64,000 nt of DNA, from NCBI GenBank assembly GCA_965246715.1, contig CBDFFH010000055.1:128001-192000 (forward strand). Direction: 5' to 3'. Below the pieces are notes generated by a model, which was not told where the DNA came from, did not search any database, and was given only the letters and a program-made list of their open reading frames with translations. Positions 51,493 to 63,545 of this stretch are shown in pieces. Position 1 is the first letter of the stretch; every line of letters starts with the position of its first letter. The DNA is from Chamaesiphon sp. Lineage in GTDB: Bacteria; Cyanobacteriota; Cyanobacteriia; Cyanobacteriales; Chamaesiphonaceae. The position numbers and the translations under genes were made by a program.

Positions 51493-51934
51493 AAAATCGA
51501 TCGAAAACAGCGAAAGGGGAAACTCGGCAATCTTAGTTTGCCCACATCTCGCTCGATCGATAGCACTTTGGTAGTATATTTGCCAATTATGTCCAAATTT
51601 AGCCGTAGATCTGACCTGCAGATCCAAAAGCCGAGTCGTGCGAGATCTCTAGTCGCAACTACTACTAAAATTCCTGGGGATCGCTGAGAAATATCCTCAG
51701 CACAGTGCGCGTTCGATGATAAACTTATCGATAGCATTGCAAAATATTAAGAATAGCTAAAAAAATCGGCGTATAGTTATCCACAAACAGTTATCGAGCT
51801 AAAAATTGGGAAGTTAAATATCCTTCCTGGTTGACGCTATCGATCGACTCGAGCATTAGACCCGATCGATCTAACTACCAATCGATAATCATCCCGATCG
51901 CATCTCGCTATAGTCAAAATCACACAATAAATAA

Positions 51935-53398
<1,464 letters not shown>

Positions 53399-53562
53399 TT
53401 AAAACTCGATTTAGGGTATCCGCAGGGGTACCCTTCGATCCAACAGCAGTTTAGATCTGAGAAATAACAATAATATAAATATCGATCGGATGAGAGTAAT
53501 GATAAACCCTTGCTGTGGGCAGTTCCCACCCTAAGTGGTTGTAGACTTAATTAAATCTACTC

Positions 53563-53597
53563 ATTCACTATTCACTGTTCACTGTTCACTATTCACT
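53563..53597. repeat. Heptamer tandem repeat (A/G)TTCACT x5
   Basis: Read directly; ends 7 bp before the epsilon start. Confidence 0.85.
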
Positions 53598-53604
53598 AAT
53601 TTAT

Positions 53605-54012
53605 ATGACCTTAACTGTAAAAGTAATCGCTCCAGATAAAACCGTCTGGGATGGTAAAGCTGATGAAGTAATTTTACCCAGTACGACCGGACAAATCGGA
53701 ATTTTGACTGGTCACGTATCCCTCGTCACTGCGTTGGATACAGCAGTAATGCGCGTCAAAACAGACAAAGATAAATGGACTCCGATCGCACTGATGGGTG
53801 GCTTTGCGGAAATTGAAAATGATGAAGTTACCGTTTTAGTGAACGGTGCAGAATTGGGCGATAAAATCGATCGCGAGCAAGCTCAAAAAGCCTTTACAGA
53901 AGCAGAACAAAAATTAGCCGCCGTCCAAAATGGCAGCCCTCAAGACAAGATTCAAGCCAATCAAACATTCAAACGCGCTAGAGCGAGACTCCAAGCCTCC
54001 GGTGCTGCCTGA
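53605..54012 (+). CDS. atpC: F0F1 ATP synthase epsilon subunit (cyanobacterial atpE)
   Basis: ILPSTTGQIGILTGH, ALMGGFAEI and KRARARL motifs; follows the beta gene. Confidence 0.96.
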   Translation: MTLTVKVIAPDKTVWDGKADEVILPSTTGQIGILTGHVSLVTALDTAVMRVKTDKDKWTPIALMGGFAEIENDEVTVLVNGAELGDKIDREQAQKAFTEAEQKLAAVQNGSPQDKIQANQTFKRARARLQASGAA

Positions 54013-54042
54013 TTACAATGGTAATTACGAACTAAAGCAGCA

Positions 54043-54082
54043 GTATGAAAACCCCTGAGAGTAGATCGATGGGGTTTTATAC
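54043..54082 (+). terminator. Hairpin after the atp operon
   Basis: GTATGAAAACCCC...GGGGTTTTATAC. Confidence 0.6.
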
Positions 54083-54119
54083 TTTGACGATCGATTCTAG
54101 TATTGTAGATGAGGTAAAA

Positions 54120-54593
54120 ATGAGTGCGATCGGGCGAATTTTCCGCAAGTTTAAGGCAATCCTCTCTGAAGATGAGAAGTTTTTAGAAACGATCGAAGAT
54201 ATCGAACGGATCGTCTCTAAAATATTATCGATCGGGATGATTGTCGTTACCTTCATTGCGATCGCCCATTTAAGCTATGCTTTAATCGACAAACTATTTC
54301 TGACAGTCGATCGACCCAGTAATGAGAGCTTCAATACCACTTTATTCGAGCTATTTGGGTTATTTCTAAATGTTTTAATCGCGTTAGAAATCCTCGAAAA
54401 TATTACGGCTTATCTGCGGAAACACACGATTCAGGTCGAACTAGTAATCGTCACCTCGCTCATCGCCGTGGCCAGAAAAATTATCATTCTCGACCTAGAG
54501 AAAAAAGGTAGTGACGATCTGATTGCACTAGCTGTTGCAGTTCTTTCTTTATCTTTGGGTCTATTAATCGTACATCATACTACTAGAAAATAG
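54120..54593 (+). CDS. Phosphate-starvation-inducible PsiE family membrane protein
   Basis: FGLFLNVLIALEILENIT and TSLIAVARKIIILD motifs; GAGG before the ATG at 54120. Confidence 0.85.
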   Translation: MSAIGRIFRKFKAILSEDEKFLETIEDIERIVSKILSIGMIVVTFIAIAHLSYALIDKLFLTVDRPSNESFNTTLFELFGLFLNVLIALEILENITAYLRKHTIQVELVIVTSLIAVARKIIILDLEKKGSDDLIALAVAVLSLSLGLLIVHHTTRK

Positions 54594-54695
54594 GATGGCG
54601 GTGCCCAGGAGCGACTGCGGGCTGGTGGCTAGAGAATGAAACAATCTCTTTATCAAACCAGCATCATCATAGTCAATCCAAAATCCAAAATAATC

Positions 54696-55403
54696 CTACT
54701 CGTTAGTCCCAGGGGGCGCTATTACCCGCGTACCGCCAGGAACCAAGCGCTGCGGCTTGCCCAAATCGGCGGGAATCCGATAGACCGGACGACGACGAAA
54801 GATCGGCGCAGTTTCTTCTACATTAGGCTTAATTTGGCGATCGCGCGACGGAGTTACTGGAGCTGGCGATTGTTGGATCGTACCAGAAGCAGGTGAATTT
54901 ACGCCTTTGGCACCAGTAAGATTGGCATCAGAGAGGTTGAGCGCAGTGAGATTGGCACCCGTGAAGTCAGCTAGGGCTAGGTTCGCACTACCTAAGTTAG
55001 TATTGCGGAGGATGGCGCGGCTGAAATTGGTATTCACGAGATTGGCATAAGTTAGATCGGTATTGGTAAGATTAGTGCCGATAAAATTGACATCGATCGC
55101 ACTTACTGCTTGGAGGACGGCTTGGGAGAGATTGGTATTACTTAGATCTGCGCCGGTTAGATTGGCTCCACCCAATTTTGCACCAGTTAAATTCGTACTC
55201 GTCAACTTTGCACCGACTAAATTAGCCGCCTGGAGATCGGCATTTACCAATTGTTTGCGACTGAGATCTGCGCCACTGAGATCGCAACCTACACATTTAT
55301 TAGTAGAAATTAACTTGTTGAGATCTGCCGTGCTATAAGCATGAGCAACAGGCACGATCGTGATTTGGAGTGCGATGCAGCACAAATAAAAATGGCACTT
55401 CAT
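54696..55403 (-). CDS. Secreted pentapeptide-repeat protein
   Basis: Signal peptide, C.GCDLSGADL and A(D/N)LxG repeats. Confidence 0.92.
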   Translation of the reverse strand: MKCHFYLCCIALQITIVPVAHAYSTADLNKLISTNKCVGCDLSGADLSRKQLVNADLQAANLVGAKLTSTNLTGAKLGGANLTGADLSNTNLSQAVLQAVSAIDVNFIGTNLTNTDLTYANLVNTNFSRAILRNTNLGSANLALADFTGANLTALNLSDANLTGAKGVNSPASGTIQQSPAPVTPSRDRQIKPNVEETAPIFRRRPVYRIPADLGKPQRLVPGGTRVIAPPGTNE

Positions 55404-55522
55404 TTAAATTCTAAATAATAAATTATGCAATTTGAGAAGTGAGAGAGTGCGAAAATTAGGCGGAGATATGACCCGCCCCTCACTAGAGGAAAATTTATTT
55501 ACTGTTCTCTAGTCCCTACATA

Positions 55523-57247
55523 TTACATGAAGCTATAAATCTTCTGAAGTTCCAATTCAGTGCTAAGTGTTGATGGTAATTGGGATTTGGGATAAGTATG
55601 TCGATCGAGATGTGTTTGTAATCCAATGAGTGGATCTGGGCCATTGGCGACCATAAATTCTAAGCGAGTGACTTGAGGCATTTTTGCGATCGCATCGAGA
55701 ATTTGGAAGATTGCTTGGACGTAAGGGTGATTATTATCTTTATACCAACCCTCGATCGCTAGATTTGCCTGATCGAAACCGAGATGGAATGCTAGCGATG
55801 GTGTCCCAAAGATCGCGACACCGACTGGTCGAGCTTCCTCCTTCAACAGGAGGTGGCTAGCCTCTGCTAGGTGGCGTAGTTTGTCCAATCGCTCGTACCG
55901 CGCTGTAACCTCTAGCGGTTCTTCATTCCAGGTGATTCCTACCGTCACCAGATAGGTTTGAAGTAGCATGTGTCCGAGTTTCTCAGCTTTGGTAGCTAGA
56001 TAGTCATTGTTATAGTCATTAGCTTCGATCAACAAGGGGACGCGCCCGACAACCTCCAAGCCATAACCTTTAAGTCCAGCGATTTTGCGTGGATTATTCG
56101 TGATCAGGCGAATTTTATTCACCCCTAGATCGTTAAGAACTTGGGCACCGACACCATAATTTCGTAAGTCTGCGGGGAAGCCGAGGCGATTGTTCGCTTC
56201 GACGGTATCTAGCCCCATATCTTGGAGTGAGTAAGCTTTAAGCTTATTAATCAATCCGATCCCGCGTCCTTCTTGTCGTAGATAGACGACTACGCCTTCA
56301 CCCGCATGTTCGATCGTTTTGAGGGCGGCTTGGAGTTGGAGCCGACAGTCACAGCGCAGCGAACCGAGGGCATCGCCAGTGAGACATTCGGAGTGCATCC
56401 GCACCATAATCGGTTTGTCGGCAAAATTTGCCGGATCGCCTTTGACGATCGCGACTGTTTCAGTATTATCTAATAGGTTCCGGTAGCCATAGATATTAAA
56501 CTGTCCGAATTGGCTGGGGAGTTTGGTAATCGCCTCGCGCAACACAAATCTGTCGTGCTGGAGACGATAACTAATCAGATCCGCGATGCTGATGATTTTT
56601 AGATCGTGCGTCTGTGCGTAAGTAACTAGATCGCCCAATCTGGCCATCGAGCCGTTAGGATTTTGAATTTCGCAAATCACCCCCGCTGGAGCCAAGCCAG
56701 CCAGCCGCGCTAAATCGACTGCGGCTTCAGTATGTCCCGCCCGTTTCAATACCCCACCTGCGCGCGCGCGCAGGGGAAAAATATGACCGGGACGACGGAG
56801 ATCTTCGGGTTGGGTATTTGGATCGATCGCGAGTTGAATCGTGCGCGTGCGATCTTCCGCCGAAATCCCCGTACTTACACCTAGCTGCGGACTCGCATCG
56901 ATACTGACAGTAAACGCCGTCTGATTGGGGTCGGTGTTATTCGATACCATCAAGGGTAAATCCAATCGATCTAGTACCTCGCCAGTCATGGCGACACAAA
57001 TCAGACCCCGCGCATGGACAGCCATAAAATTAATCTGGTCGGGAGTGACTGTTTGGGCAGCACAAATCAGATCTCCCTCATTTTCACGATTTTCATCATC
57101 TACCACCACGACCATTTTGCCCGCTGCAAAGTCCTTGAGGGCAGTATCGATCGCGTCAAACTCAAATTTCGACAGGTCAGTAGAAGAAGTTGCTATCACA
57201 GATCGCTCAAATGTTGGTAAACTATATAGTCCACTATGGGAATTCAC
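55523..57247 (-). CDS. ribBA: Bifunctional DHBP synthase/GTP cyclohydrolase II
   Basis: DDENRENEGD, RAGHTEA, RMHSECLTGD..SLRCDC and LITNNPRK motifs. Confidence 0.96.
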   Translation of the reverse strand: MNSHSGLYSLPTFERSVIATSSTDLSKFEFDAIDTALKDFAAGKMVVVVDDENRENEGDLICAAQTVTPDQINFMAVHARGLICVAMTGEVLDRLDLPLMVSNNTDPNQTAFTVSIDASPQLGVSTGISAEDRTRTIQLAIDPNTQPEDLRRPGHIFPLRARAGGVLKRAGHTEAAVDLARLAGLAPAGVICEIQNPNGSMARLGDLVTYAQTHDLKIISIADLISYRLQHDRFVLREAITKLPSQFGQFNIYGYRNLLDNTETVAIVKGDPANFADKPIMVRMHSECLTGDALGSLRCDCRLQLQAALKTIEHAGEGVVVYLRQEGRGIGLINKLKAYSLQDMGLDTVEANNRLGFPADLRNYGVGAQVLNDLGVNKIRLITNNPRKIAGLKGYGLEVVGRVPLLIEANDYNNDYLATKAEKLGHMLLQTYLVTVGITWNEEPLEVTARYERLDKLRHLAEASHLLLKEEARPVGVAIFGTPSLAFHLGFDQANLAIEGWYKDNNHPYVQAIFQILDAIAKMPQVTRLEFMVANGPDPLIGLQTHLDRHTYPKSQLPSTLSTELELQKIYSFM

Positions 57248-57397
57248 AATTCAGACTTCGACTCAGTTCGGCTATATTCACTACTAGCCGCTAGATCGCC
57301 AAAGGTCGAAGTGTCTGCTGAATTTCTGTCTTGAATTAGTTGGTGTTTCCCGATGGTGGAGATGTTGCTAATTCTTATTATATAGGTCATAAGATTC

Positions 57398-58456
57398 ATG
57401 GGTGAGCAAAACCGCCTGCAAGTTGGGATCGTCGGTGCGTCGGGTTATGGCGGTGTCCAATTGGTGCGCTTGCTGCAAGACCATCCAGAGATAGAAATTG
57501 TGTATTTAGGTGGGGATAGTAGTGCGGGTAAAAAGTTCGCCGATTTGTATCCCCATCTGGCTCACGCTGTCGATTTGACGATCGAGCGCATAGATATCGA
57601 TGTGATTGCCGATCGCTGTCAGGCGGTCTTTCTCGCCCTGCCTAACGGCTTAGCCTGCGAGATGGCACCGAAATTAATCGCCAAAGGTTGTCGCGTCCTC
57701 GATCTCTCCGCCGATTATCGGTTTACCGATCTCGATGTCTATACCCAGTGGTACAAAATTCCGCGTACCGATCGCGATACAGCGGCAATGGCGGTCTATG
57801 GCTTGCCCGAACTCTATCGATCGAAACTCCGCACTGCCAAGCTCGTCGGCTGCCCTGGTTGCTATCCAACTGCCAGTCTCCTCGCCCTCTCGCCTCTGCT
57901 CAGACAGGGATTGATCGATCCAGACACCGCGATCGTCGATGCCAAATCCGGCACCTCTGGCGGCGGCAGACAAGCGAAAACTAACTTACTCCTAGCCGAA
58001 GCCGATAATACGATCGGAGCCTATAGCGTCGCCGGACACCGGCATACACCCGAAATCGAGCAAGTGTGTAGCGATCTCGCTAGTCATGAGGTCAAAGTCC
58101 AATTTACGCCGCATCTGATGCCCATGGCACGCGGTATTTTGGCAACCGTCTATGCGACGATTCGCGATCCAGGATTGGTAACAGAAGATCTGATTACCAT
58201 CTACAAAGCCTTCTACCGCTCCTCTCCCTTTGTCAAAATCTTGGATGGTGGCATCTATCCGCAGACGAAGTGGGCAGCCAGCACCAATCTCTGTTACATC
58301 GGATTAGAAGTCGATGCCCGCACTGGGCGGGTAATTGTCATGTCAGCGATCGATAATTTGATCAAAGGACAAGCCGGACAAGCCGTACAGTGTCTGAATG
58401 CCATGATGGGCTGGGACGAAACGCTCGGCTTACCACAGCTGAGTTTCTATCCCTAA
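57398..58456 (+). CDS. argC: N-acetyl-gamma-glutamyl-phosphate reductase
   Basis: GASGYGG, DLSADYR, PGCYPT, HRHTPEI and [14 protein letters not shown] motifs. Confidence 0.97.
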   Translation: MGEQNRLQVGIVGASGYGGVQLVRLLQDHPEIEIVYLGGDSSAGKKFADLYPHLAHAVDLTIERIDIDVIADRCQAVFLALPNGLACEMAPKLIAKGCRVLDLSADYRFTDLDVYTQWYKIPRTDRDTAAMAVYGLPELYRSKLRTAKLVGCPGCYPTASLLALSPLLRQGLIDPDTAIVDAKSGTSGGGRQAKTNLLLAEADNTIGAYSVAGHRHTPEIEQVCSDLASHEVKVQFTPHLMPMARGILATVYATIRDPGLVTEDLITIYKAFYRSSPFVKILDGGIYPQTKWAASTNLCYIGLEVDARTGRVIVMSAIDNLIKGQAGQAVQCLNAMMGWDETLGLPQLSFYP

Positions 58457-58466
58457 GCATCGCCAT

Positions 58467-58621
58467 GTCGATGACCACACTGGGCGGGTAATTGTCATGT
58501 CCGCGATCGATAATTCGCTCGAAGGACAAGCCGGACAAGCGGTGCAATGTCTGAATGCAATGATGGGCTGGGACGAAACGCTTGGCTCACCACAGCGGAG
58601 TTTCTATCCCTAAACATCGCC
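58467..58621 (+). repeat. Diverged direct duplicate of the argC 3' end
   Basis: Matches 58310-58464 (period 157 bp), with 13 substitutions over 49 codons and the stop codon retained. Confidence 0.92.
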
Positions 58622-58672
58622 CATATAATGAAAGGACGAGCATACTTGTAGCTGCCAGCTTTTGGAGGTCTT

Positions 58673-59272
58673 ATGACGATTGCGGTCGATCGAGAAACCG
58701 AGACTTTACCACTGAACATCGGCACTGTTAAGTTTACAGCGGAACAGTTCGAGCAATTGTGTGTGGCTAATCCAGATCGATCGCTAGAACTCACTGCCCA
58801 AGGAGAATTAATCGTTATGCCCCCAGTCGGTGGAGAAAGTGGCAGTTATGAGTCAGAAATAGATATCGATCTAGGGATCTGGAATCGAACTGCTAAATTA
58901 GGTAAGACTTTCAGTTCTTCGACCTTGTTCGTTTTACCTGATGGCAGTCGCAAATCGCCTGATGTTGCATGGGTCGAACTGTCCCGCTGGGAAGTTCTAA
59001 CAAGGGAAGAACGCAAGAAATTTCTCTTATTGGCACCAGATTTTGTCATTGAGTTGAGATTTGAAACAGATCGATTACCACCACTTCAGTCGAAAATGCT
59101 AGAGTATCGAGCTAATGGTGTTCGGCTGGGATGGCTTATCGATCCTCAGCAACAGCAGGTAGAAATCTATCGTGTAGGGCAGGAAGTAGAAGTATTGCGA
59201 TCGCCAACTTCTCTAAGCGGCGAAAATGTATTACCTGGATTTGTACTCGATCTGACAAAGATCTGGTTATAG
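58673..59272 (+). CDS. Uma2 family (PD-(D/E)XK) putative endonuclease
   Basis: GELIVMPP, SPDVAWV, APDFVIELR, GVRLGWLIDP and LPGFVLDL motifs; GGAGG RBS. Confidence 0.92.
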   Translation: MTIAVDRETETLPLNIGTVKFTAEQFEQLCVANPDRSLELTAQGELIVMPPVGGESGSYESEIDIDLGIWNRTAKLGKTFSSSTLFVLPDGSRKSPDVAWVELSRWEVLTREERKKFLLLAPDFVIELRFETDRLPPLQSKMLEYRANGVRLGWLIDPQQQQVEIYRVGQEVEVLRSPTSLSGENVLPGFVLDLTKIWL

Positions 59273-59412
59273 ATTCGTCTGGGTTGCTGTCTGGGCTAGC
59301 AATTGAAATTAATGCTGTCGGCAATGTCCACTTTAAGGTCGCATCTTAGCCATTTAGATTTTAATTGGCTTGCCATTCCGTAATTGATTTTGCGAAAATT
59401 TCAATATACTCT

Positions 59413-59763
59413 TTAGACTCCCAGCTGCGAATCCCAATTTGAATTAATTAGTATTTCACTAATACGCCTTAACACCTCGGGATTGTATACGAGTTTAGCT
59501 CGCCAGTTGTTAATCCATGAGGATCTCACGACCATGGTATGGGTTTTAAACTGTTTTGAACCACAATGTCGGCCAATTACGAGAATTTTTTCGTAGCCAT
59601 CGCCCCAGTGAGGAGGCAAACAATACACCTTGGTACCAGGTGAAAAGTGTATTGTACCGCAACGCTTTTCCTCACTACCTTCTCCATACGATCTCTCTTC
59701 AACTATGTTACCAACAAGGCACCATTGCGATTCTTGTGTTTCAGATATTGCAGCTTTACCCAT
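59413..59763 (-). CDS. Hypothetical protein, possibly frameshifted at the C-terminus
   Basis: WCLVGNI..GTIHFSPGTKVYCLPPHWGDGYE..NWRAKLVYNP. Confidence 0.6.
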   Translation of the reverse strand: MGKAAISETQESQWCLVGNIVEERSYGEGSEEKRCGTIHFSPGTKVYCLPPHWGDGYEKILVIGRHCGSKQFKTHTMVVRSSWINNWRAKLVYNPEVLRRISEILINSNWDSQLGV

Positions 59764-60090
59764 CGAATTTGTATCAAATAAGTTATTACTCTAGAACACC
59801 ATCGATTGTTAGCCCAACATACATCCCTTCAAACCAACTAACTATCATTGGGATTCCACAAGTAGGGAGATTTGATGATTTATTTGGGGCATCTGTCGCT
59901 CGAATCGCTACAGAGGTGTGGTTAGTTTACCCATATTCCTAAAAAATCATGCAAGCTCGCTAAAAATAAAAACTACCTAGTAACTAACGTACTAAAATAG
60001 ATAGCTAGATTCGTTAAATTACTCGATCTCAGTTTCTCTGATGAGTTAAAATTAAATTTATCAGAAATATTTACCTTGGGAGCGCTCGGG

Positions 60091-60708
60091 ATGGTTGCCG
60101 CCTTACAACAGAAACCGCTGACCTTTGAGGAATTTTTTGCTAGATATGGTGATGATAATCGCTACGAACTAATCGATGGAGAGGTATTCGATTTGGAACC
60201 GACTGGCAAGCATGAGGAAATTGTCGCTTTCATAGATCGAAAACTTAATGTTCGGATCGATAATCTAGAACTACCTTATTTTGTGCTCCAACGCGGCATC
60301 ATCAAACTTCTGGGCGATCGGATTGGGTTTCGACCGGATATTATGGTTGTGGATGAATCTGTCTTAACCAGCGAACCGTTGTGGGCGAAAGAGTCGATTC
60401 TTACATTAGGTAGCTCGATTAAATTTGTAGCTGAAGTCGTCAGTAGCAACTGGCAAAATGATTATGCTCGGAAGGTTGAGGACTATGCTCTATTGGGTAT
60501 TCCTGAATACTGGATTGTCGATTATGCTGCTCTGGGAGGCGTAGAATTTATCGGTCGCCCCAAACAGCCTACTTTGACTATCTGCACTTTGGGCAATGAT
60601 GGTTACTATGACAAGCTTTGTCTGCGAGGTAACGACCCAGTTATTTCACCCACTTTCTCAGGACTAAATCTCACCGCCGAGCTAGTTTTGATGGCTGGCA
60701 AGTCTTGA
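60091..60708 (+). CDS. Uma2 family putative endonuclease
   Basis: RYELIDGE, RPDIMV, AEVVSSNWQNDY..K..DYALLGIPEYWIVD motifs. Confidence 0.92.
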   Translation: MVAALQQKPLTFEEFFARYGDDNRYELIDGEVFDLEPTGKHEEIVAFIDRKLNVRIDNLELPYFVLQRGIIKLLGDRIGFRPDIMVVDESVLTSEPLWAKESILTLGSSIKFVAEVVSSNWQNDYARKVEDYALLGIPEYWIVDYAALGGVEFIGRPKQPTLTICTLGNDGYYDKLCLRGNDPVISPTFSGLNLTAELVLMAGKS

Positions 60709-60725
60709 ATTCTAGCGATCGATTT

Positions 60726-61310
60726 TCATCTAAAATCTCTCGACAATTCAACTTTATTGACTAAGCTCAGTACCTGTAACCTGGCGGCATATCGAGTCGA
60801 TCGATCTCCCAAAAATTCAGCTTGACTCAGGGCAGATTTGAGTAATTGCCGTGCGGTGTCACGATCGTAACCAAATTCGACCGCTAGCTCGATCGCGTCT
60901 CGATCGGCGGTAGTGAGCTGGCGTAAATGCTGTTCGCCTAATTGATTCTGATAAATGCGGAAGCCTGCTAATCCAGCAACTAATAGTGCTGAAACTAACA
61001 TCCCAATATTTTGAGTAGTCGCCAGATCGATTAAGCTGAGGCTCAAGCCTGCGATGAGTGCGATATATGTCGATCGATTACCAACGATCGTGCCATTCTC
61101 GATCCGGGCGAGTTCGTGCCAAAATAACAAATTTTGCAAGTCTACATCGATCGATCGCCATTGACGTAGAGCGACTTGAATTAGATATCGATCGCGCTTT
61201 ATTCTGTAGATCGTCAATAGCTTGGCCTTGGGATCGGTAGCGCGCTCGATCGTTACGGTCGAGCGCAATCGATCGGGAATTAACGATTGCAATCTGATGA
61301 TTTCCAGCAT
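60726..61310 (-). CDS. DUF3318-like membrane protein
   Basis: EIIRLQSLIP, NLLFWHELARI, two TM segments and ADRDAI..A...GY. Confidence 0.75.
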   Translation of the reverse strand: MLEIIRLQSLIPDRLRSTVTIERATDPKAKLLTIYRIKRDRYLIQVALRQWRSIDVDLQNLLFWHELARIENGTIVGNRSTYIALIAGLSLSLIDLATTQNIGMLVSALLVAGLAGFRIYQNQLGEQHLRQLTTADRDAIELAVEFGYDRDTARQLLKSALSQAEFLGDRSTRYAARLQVLSLVNKVELSRDFR

Positions 61311-61341
61311 TCTTTATTCGCGCTCGTAAGATTTATTCTTT

Positions 61342-61436
61342 TGTTACTTCAGATACAAAACTAGTGAAATTAAATCCATACTAGCTGTAAATTAAAATAA
61401 TATTTTATTTTATTTTAATATGTAGCTAAACTGACA
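61342..61436. promoter_or_regulatory. Two NtcA-like boxes
   Basis: TGTT-N8-TACA (61342-61357) and TGTA-N8-GACA (61421-61436). Each has one mismatch to TGTA-N8-TACA and lies upstream of the permease-formamidase genes. Confidence 0.5.
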
Positions 61437-61708
61437 AAATTGTCTGAATTACTGGCGTGTTTGAATTGAAGAGTAATTCTAATTATTTTTAAAGGAATGT
61501 ATAGCCATACACAATAAGCAGCAATCAGCTAGTTAATAATTACCTACATACCAGAGAATCTTAGTAATTCAACTGGACTAGTTTTACACAACTTTGAATA
61601 CTAACTTCATGACTTGCAAAGCATTAATTTGCTCTGTCACAGTGTCATATTATCAGTAGTCGATTTGGGCTAATGTAGTCGACCGTCAATTAATCAAGGA
61701 CAATCTTA

Positions 61709-63352
61709 ATGACTAGAGATGGCACCGCACTGGCAAAACTAGAAAAATCCAAAAGACATTATAACTCTTGGGTTGTTAATGAAACATTAGAAGATTATTC
61801 ATTGCGTTATGCACCGCGATCGTTTCGGCGCTGGTCGGAATTTACCGTAGCAAATACTGCATTGGGTGGTATTTCTTATCTGGCAGATTTTGCGATCGGC
61901 GGTTCGATCGCGATTAGTTCGGGATTCGCCAATTCTTTCTGGGCGATTATGATTTCGGCAGTCATCATCTTTGTCACGGGATTGCCGATCTCTTACTATG
62001 CGGCTAGATATAACATCGATATGGACTTGCTCACTAGAGGAGCGGGTTTTGGCTATATCGGATCGACGCTAACTTCAGTGATTTATGCCTCCTTTTGCTT
62101 TATTTTCTTCGCACTCGAAGGCGCGATTATGGCACAAGCACTGGAGCTGTACTTTCACCTGCCACTGGCTTGGGGCTATTTCATTTGTACGATTGCCATT
62201 TTCCCGCTGGTGGTATTTGGGATGACCCTGCTGGCTACCCTTCAAGTCTGGACGCAACCATTATGGTTATTAGGCATGTTCGCTCCCTGGTTTGCGGTGT
62301 GGATGAAAGACCCCACTACTTGGTCTACTTGGTTTAACTTCGCCGGAAAATCGCCGAGTGGTGCTAACTTTAATCTATTGCTGTGTGCGACTGGTGCGGG
62401 TGTCGCGCTCTCGCTGATCGCCCAAATCGGAGAACAGGTGGATTACCTAAGATTTATGCCCGACTTGACCCCACAGAATAAAGGTAAATGGTGGTGGGCC
62501 GTAATTCTAGCTGGCCCAGGTTGGGTCATCTTGGGCGCATGGAAACAATGTGCTGGAGCCTTCTTTACTGCTATCGCGGTTAGGAATGGTGTCGATATCG
62601 CCAAAGCTAACGAACCGATTCAAATGTATATCGAGGGTTTTAAGGTCATCTTTAGCAACCCAGTTGTATATTTAGCGGTGGCGACATTCTTCGTGATTTT
62701 GTCTCAAGTCAAAATCAATGTTACCAACGCCTATTCAGGTTCCCTCTCCTGGTCGAATTTCTTCTCCCGCCTCACTCACGCTCACCCTGGGAGAGTAGTT
62801 TGGCTGGTATTTCACCTAATTATCGCCTTGGCGCTACAGGAGTTTGGTTTGTTCGATGTATTGTTATGGGTCTTAGGATTTTACTCCAACGTGGCGATCG
62901 CGTGGGTCGGTGCCCTAGTTGCTGACTTGGTAGTCAATAAACCGCTCGGACTCAGCCCATCCTACATCGAATTCAAACGGGCGCATTTATATAATTTCAA
63001 TCCAGTCGGCTTCGGTTCGATGGTCATCGCTTCGGTAATTTCGGTAATTGCCTTCTTCGGTGTAATGGGGCCAGCCGCTCAAGCTTTCTCGACCTTTATC
63101 GCTCTGGGTGTAGCATTCATTCTCTCACCGATTATCGCGATCGCGACCAAAGGAAAGTATTACATCGCCAGAAAAGACGAACACTTTCACGAAAATCCTA
63201 ATATCGTCGGTCTAACTGGCTGTTCGATTTGTGAGTATGAATACGAACGTGAAGACATGGCTTATTGTCCGGTCTATCAAGGCGCGATCTGTTCCCTCTG
63301 TTGTAGTCTGGACGCTCAATGCCACGATGCTTGTAAAGCAGTGCCAGCCTAG
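61709..63352 (+). CDS. NCS1/purine-cytosine-permease-like membrane protein with a Cys-rich C-terminus
   Basis: About 12 TM segments; ETLEDYSLRY, DMDLLTRGAGFGYIGS, QIGEQVDYLRF and KINVTNAYSGSL segments; tail CSIC..CPVY..ICSLCCSLDAQCHDAC. Confidence 0.82.
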   Translation: MTRDGTALAKLEKSKRHYNSWVVNETLEDYSLRYAPRSFRRWSEFTVANTALGGISYLADFAIGGSIAISSGFANSFWAIMISAVIIFVTGLPISYYAARYNIDMDLLTRGAGFGYIGSTLTSVIYASFCFIFFALEGAIMAQALELYFHLPLAWGYFICTIAIFPLVVFGMTLLATLQVWTQPLWLLGMFAPWFAVWMKDPTTWSTWFNFAGKSPSGANFNLLLCATGAGVALSLIAQIGEQVDYLRFMPDLTPQNKGKWWWAVILAGPGWVILGAWKQCAGAFFTAIAVRNGVDIAKANEPIQMYIEGFKVIFSNPVVYLAVATFFVILSQVKINVTNAYSGSLSWSNFFSRLTHAHPGRVVWLVFHLIIALALQEFGLFDVLLWVLGFYSNVAIAWVGALVADLVVNKPLGLSPSYIEFKRAHLYNFNPVGFGSMVIASVISVIAFFGVMGPAAQAFSTFIALGVAFILSPIIAIATKGKYYIARKDEHFHENPNIVGLTGCSICEYEYEREDMAYCPVYQGAICSLCCSLDAQCHDACKAVPA

Positions 63353-63545
63353 TATCCTCGCTTAATTCGCCTTCCCGGAGAGGTGCCCGATAGAGTTAGT
63401 CCCCGAAGGCGGACTTTGTATCACTAGCGGCGAGTTCAGTCGCTAGCAGTTTTTAACCGATAAGTATAGGGGCGGGGTGGGTTCCGGATTTAACCCACCC
63501 CTGTCCCTCCGCAGAGAATAAGAGAACACTTATCCCCTCAAACCC

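Noticed and set aside
58495..58794. 99 aa ORF similar to 58362-58547
   Set aside because: The similarity is just the antisense reading of the duplicated argC tail.
59272..59830. Integron attC-like cassette around the hypothetical gene (GTTGGGC/TAAC motifs)
   Set aside because: No convincing paired R/L boxes and no integron integrase.
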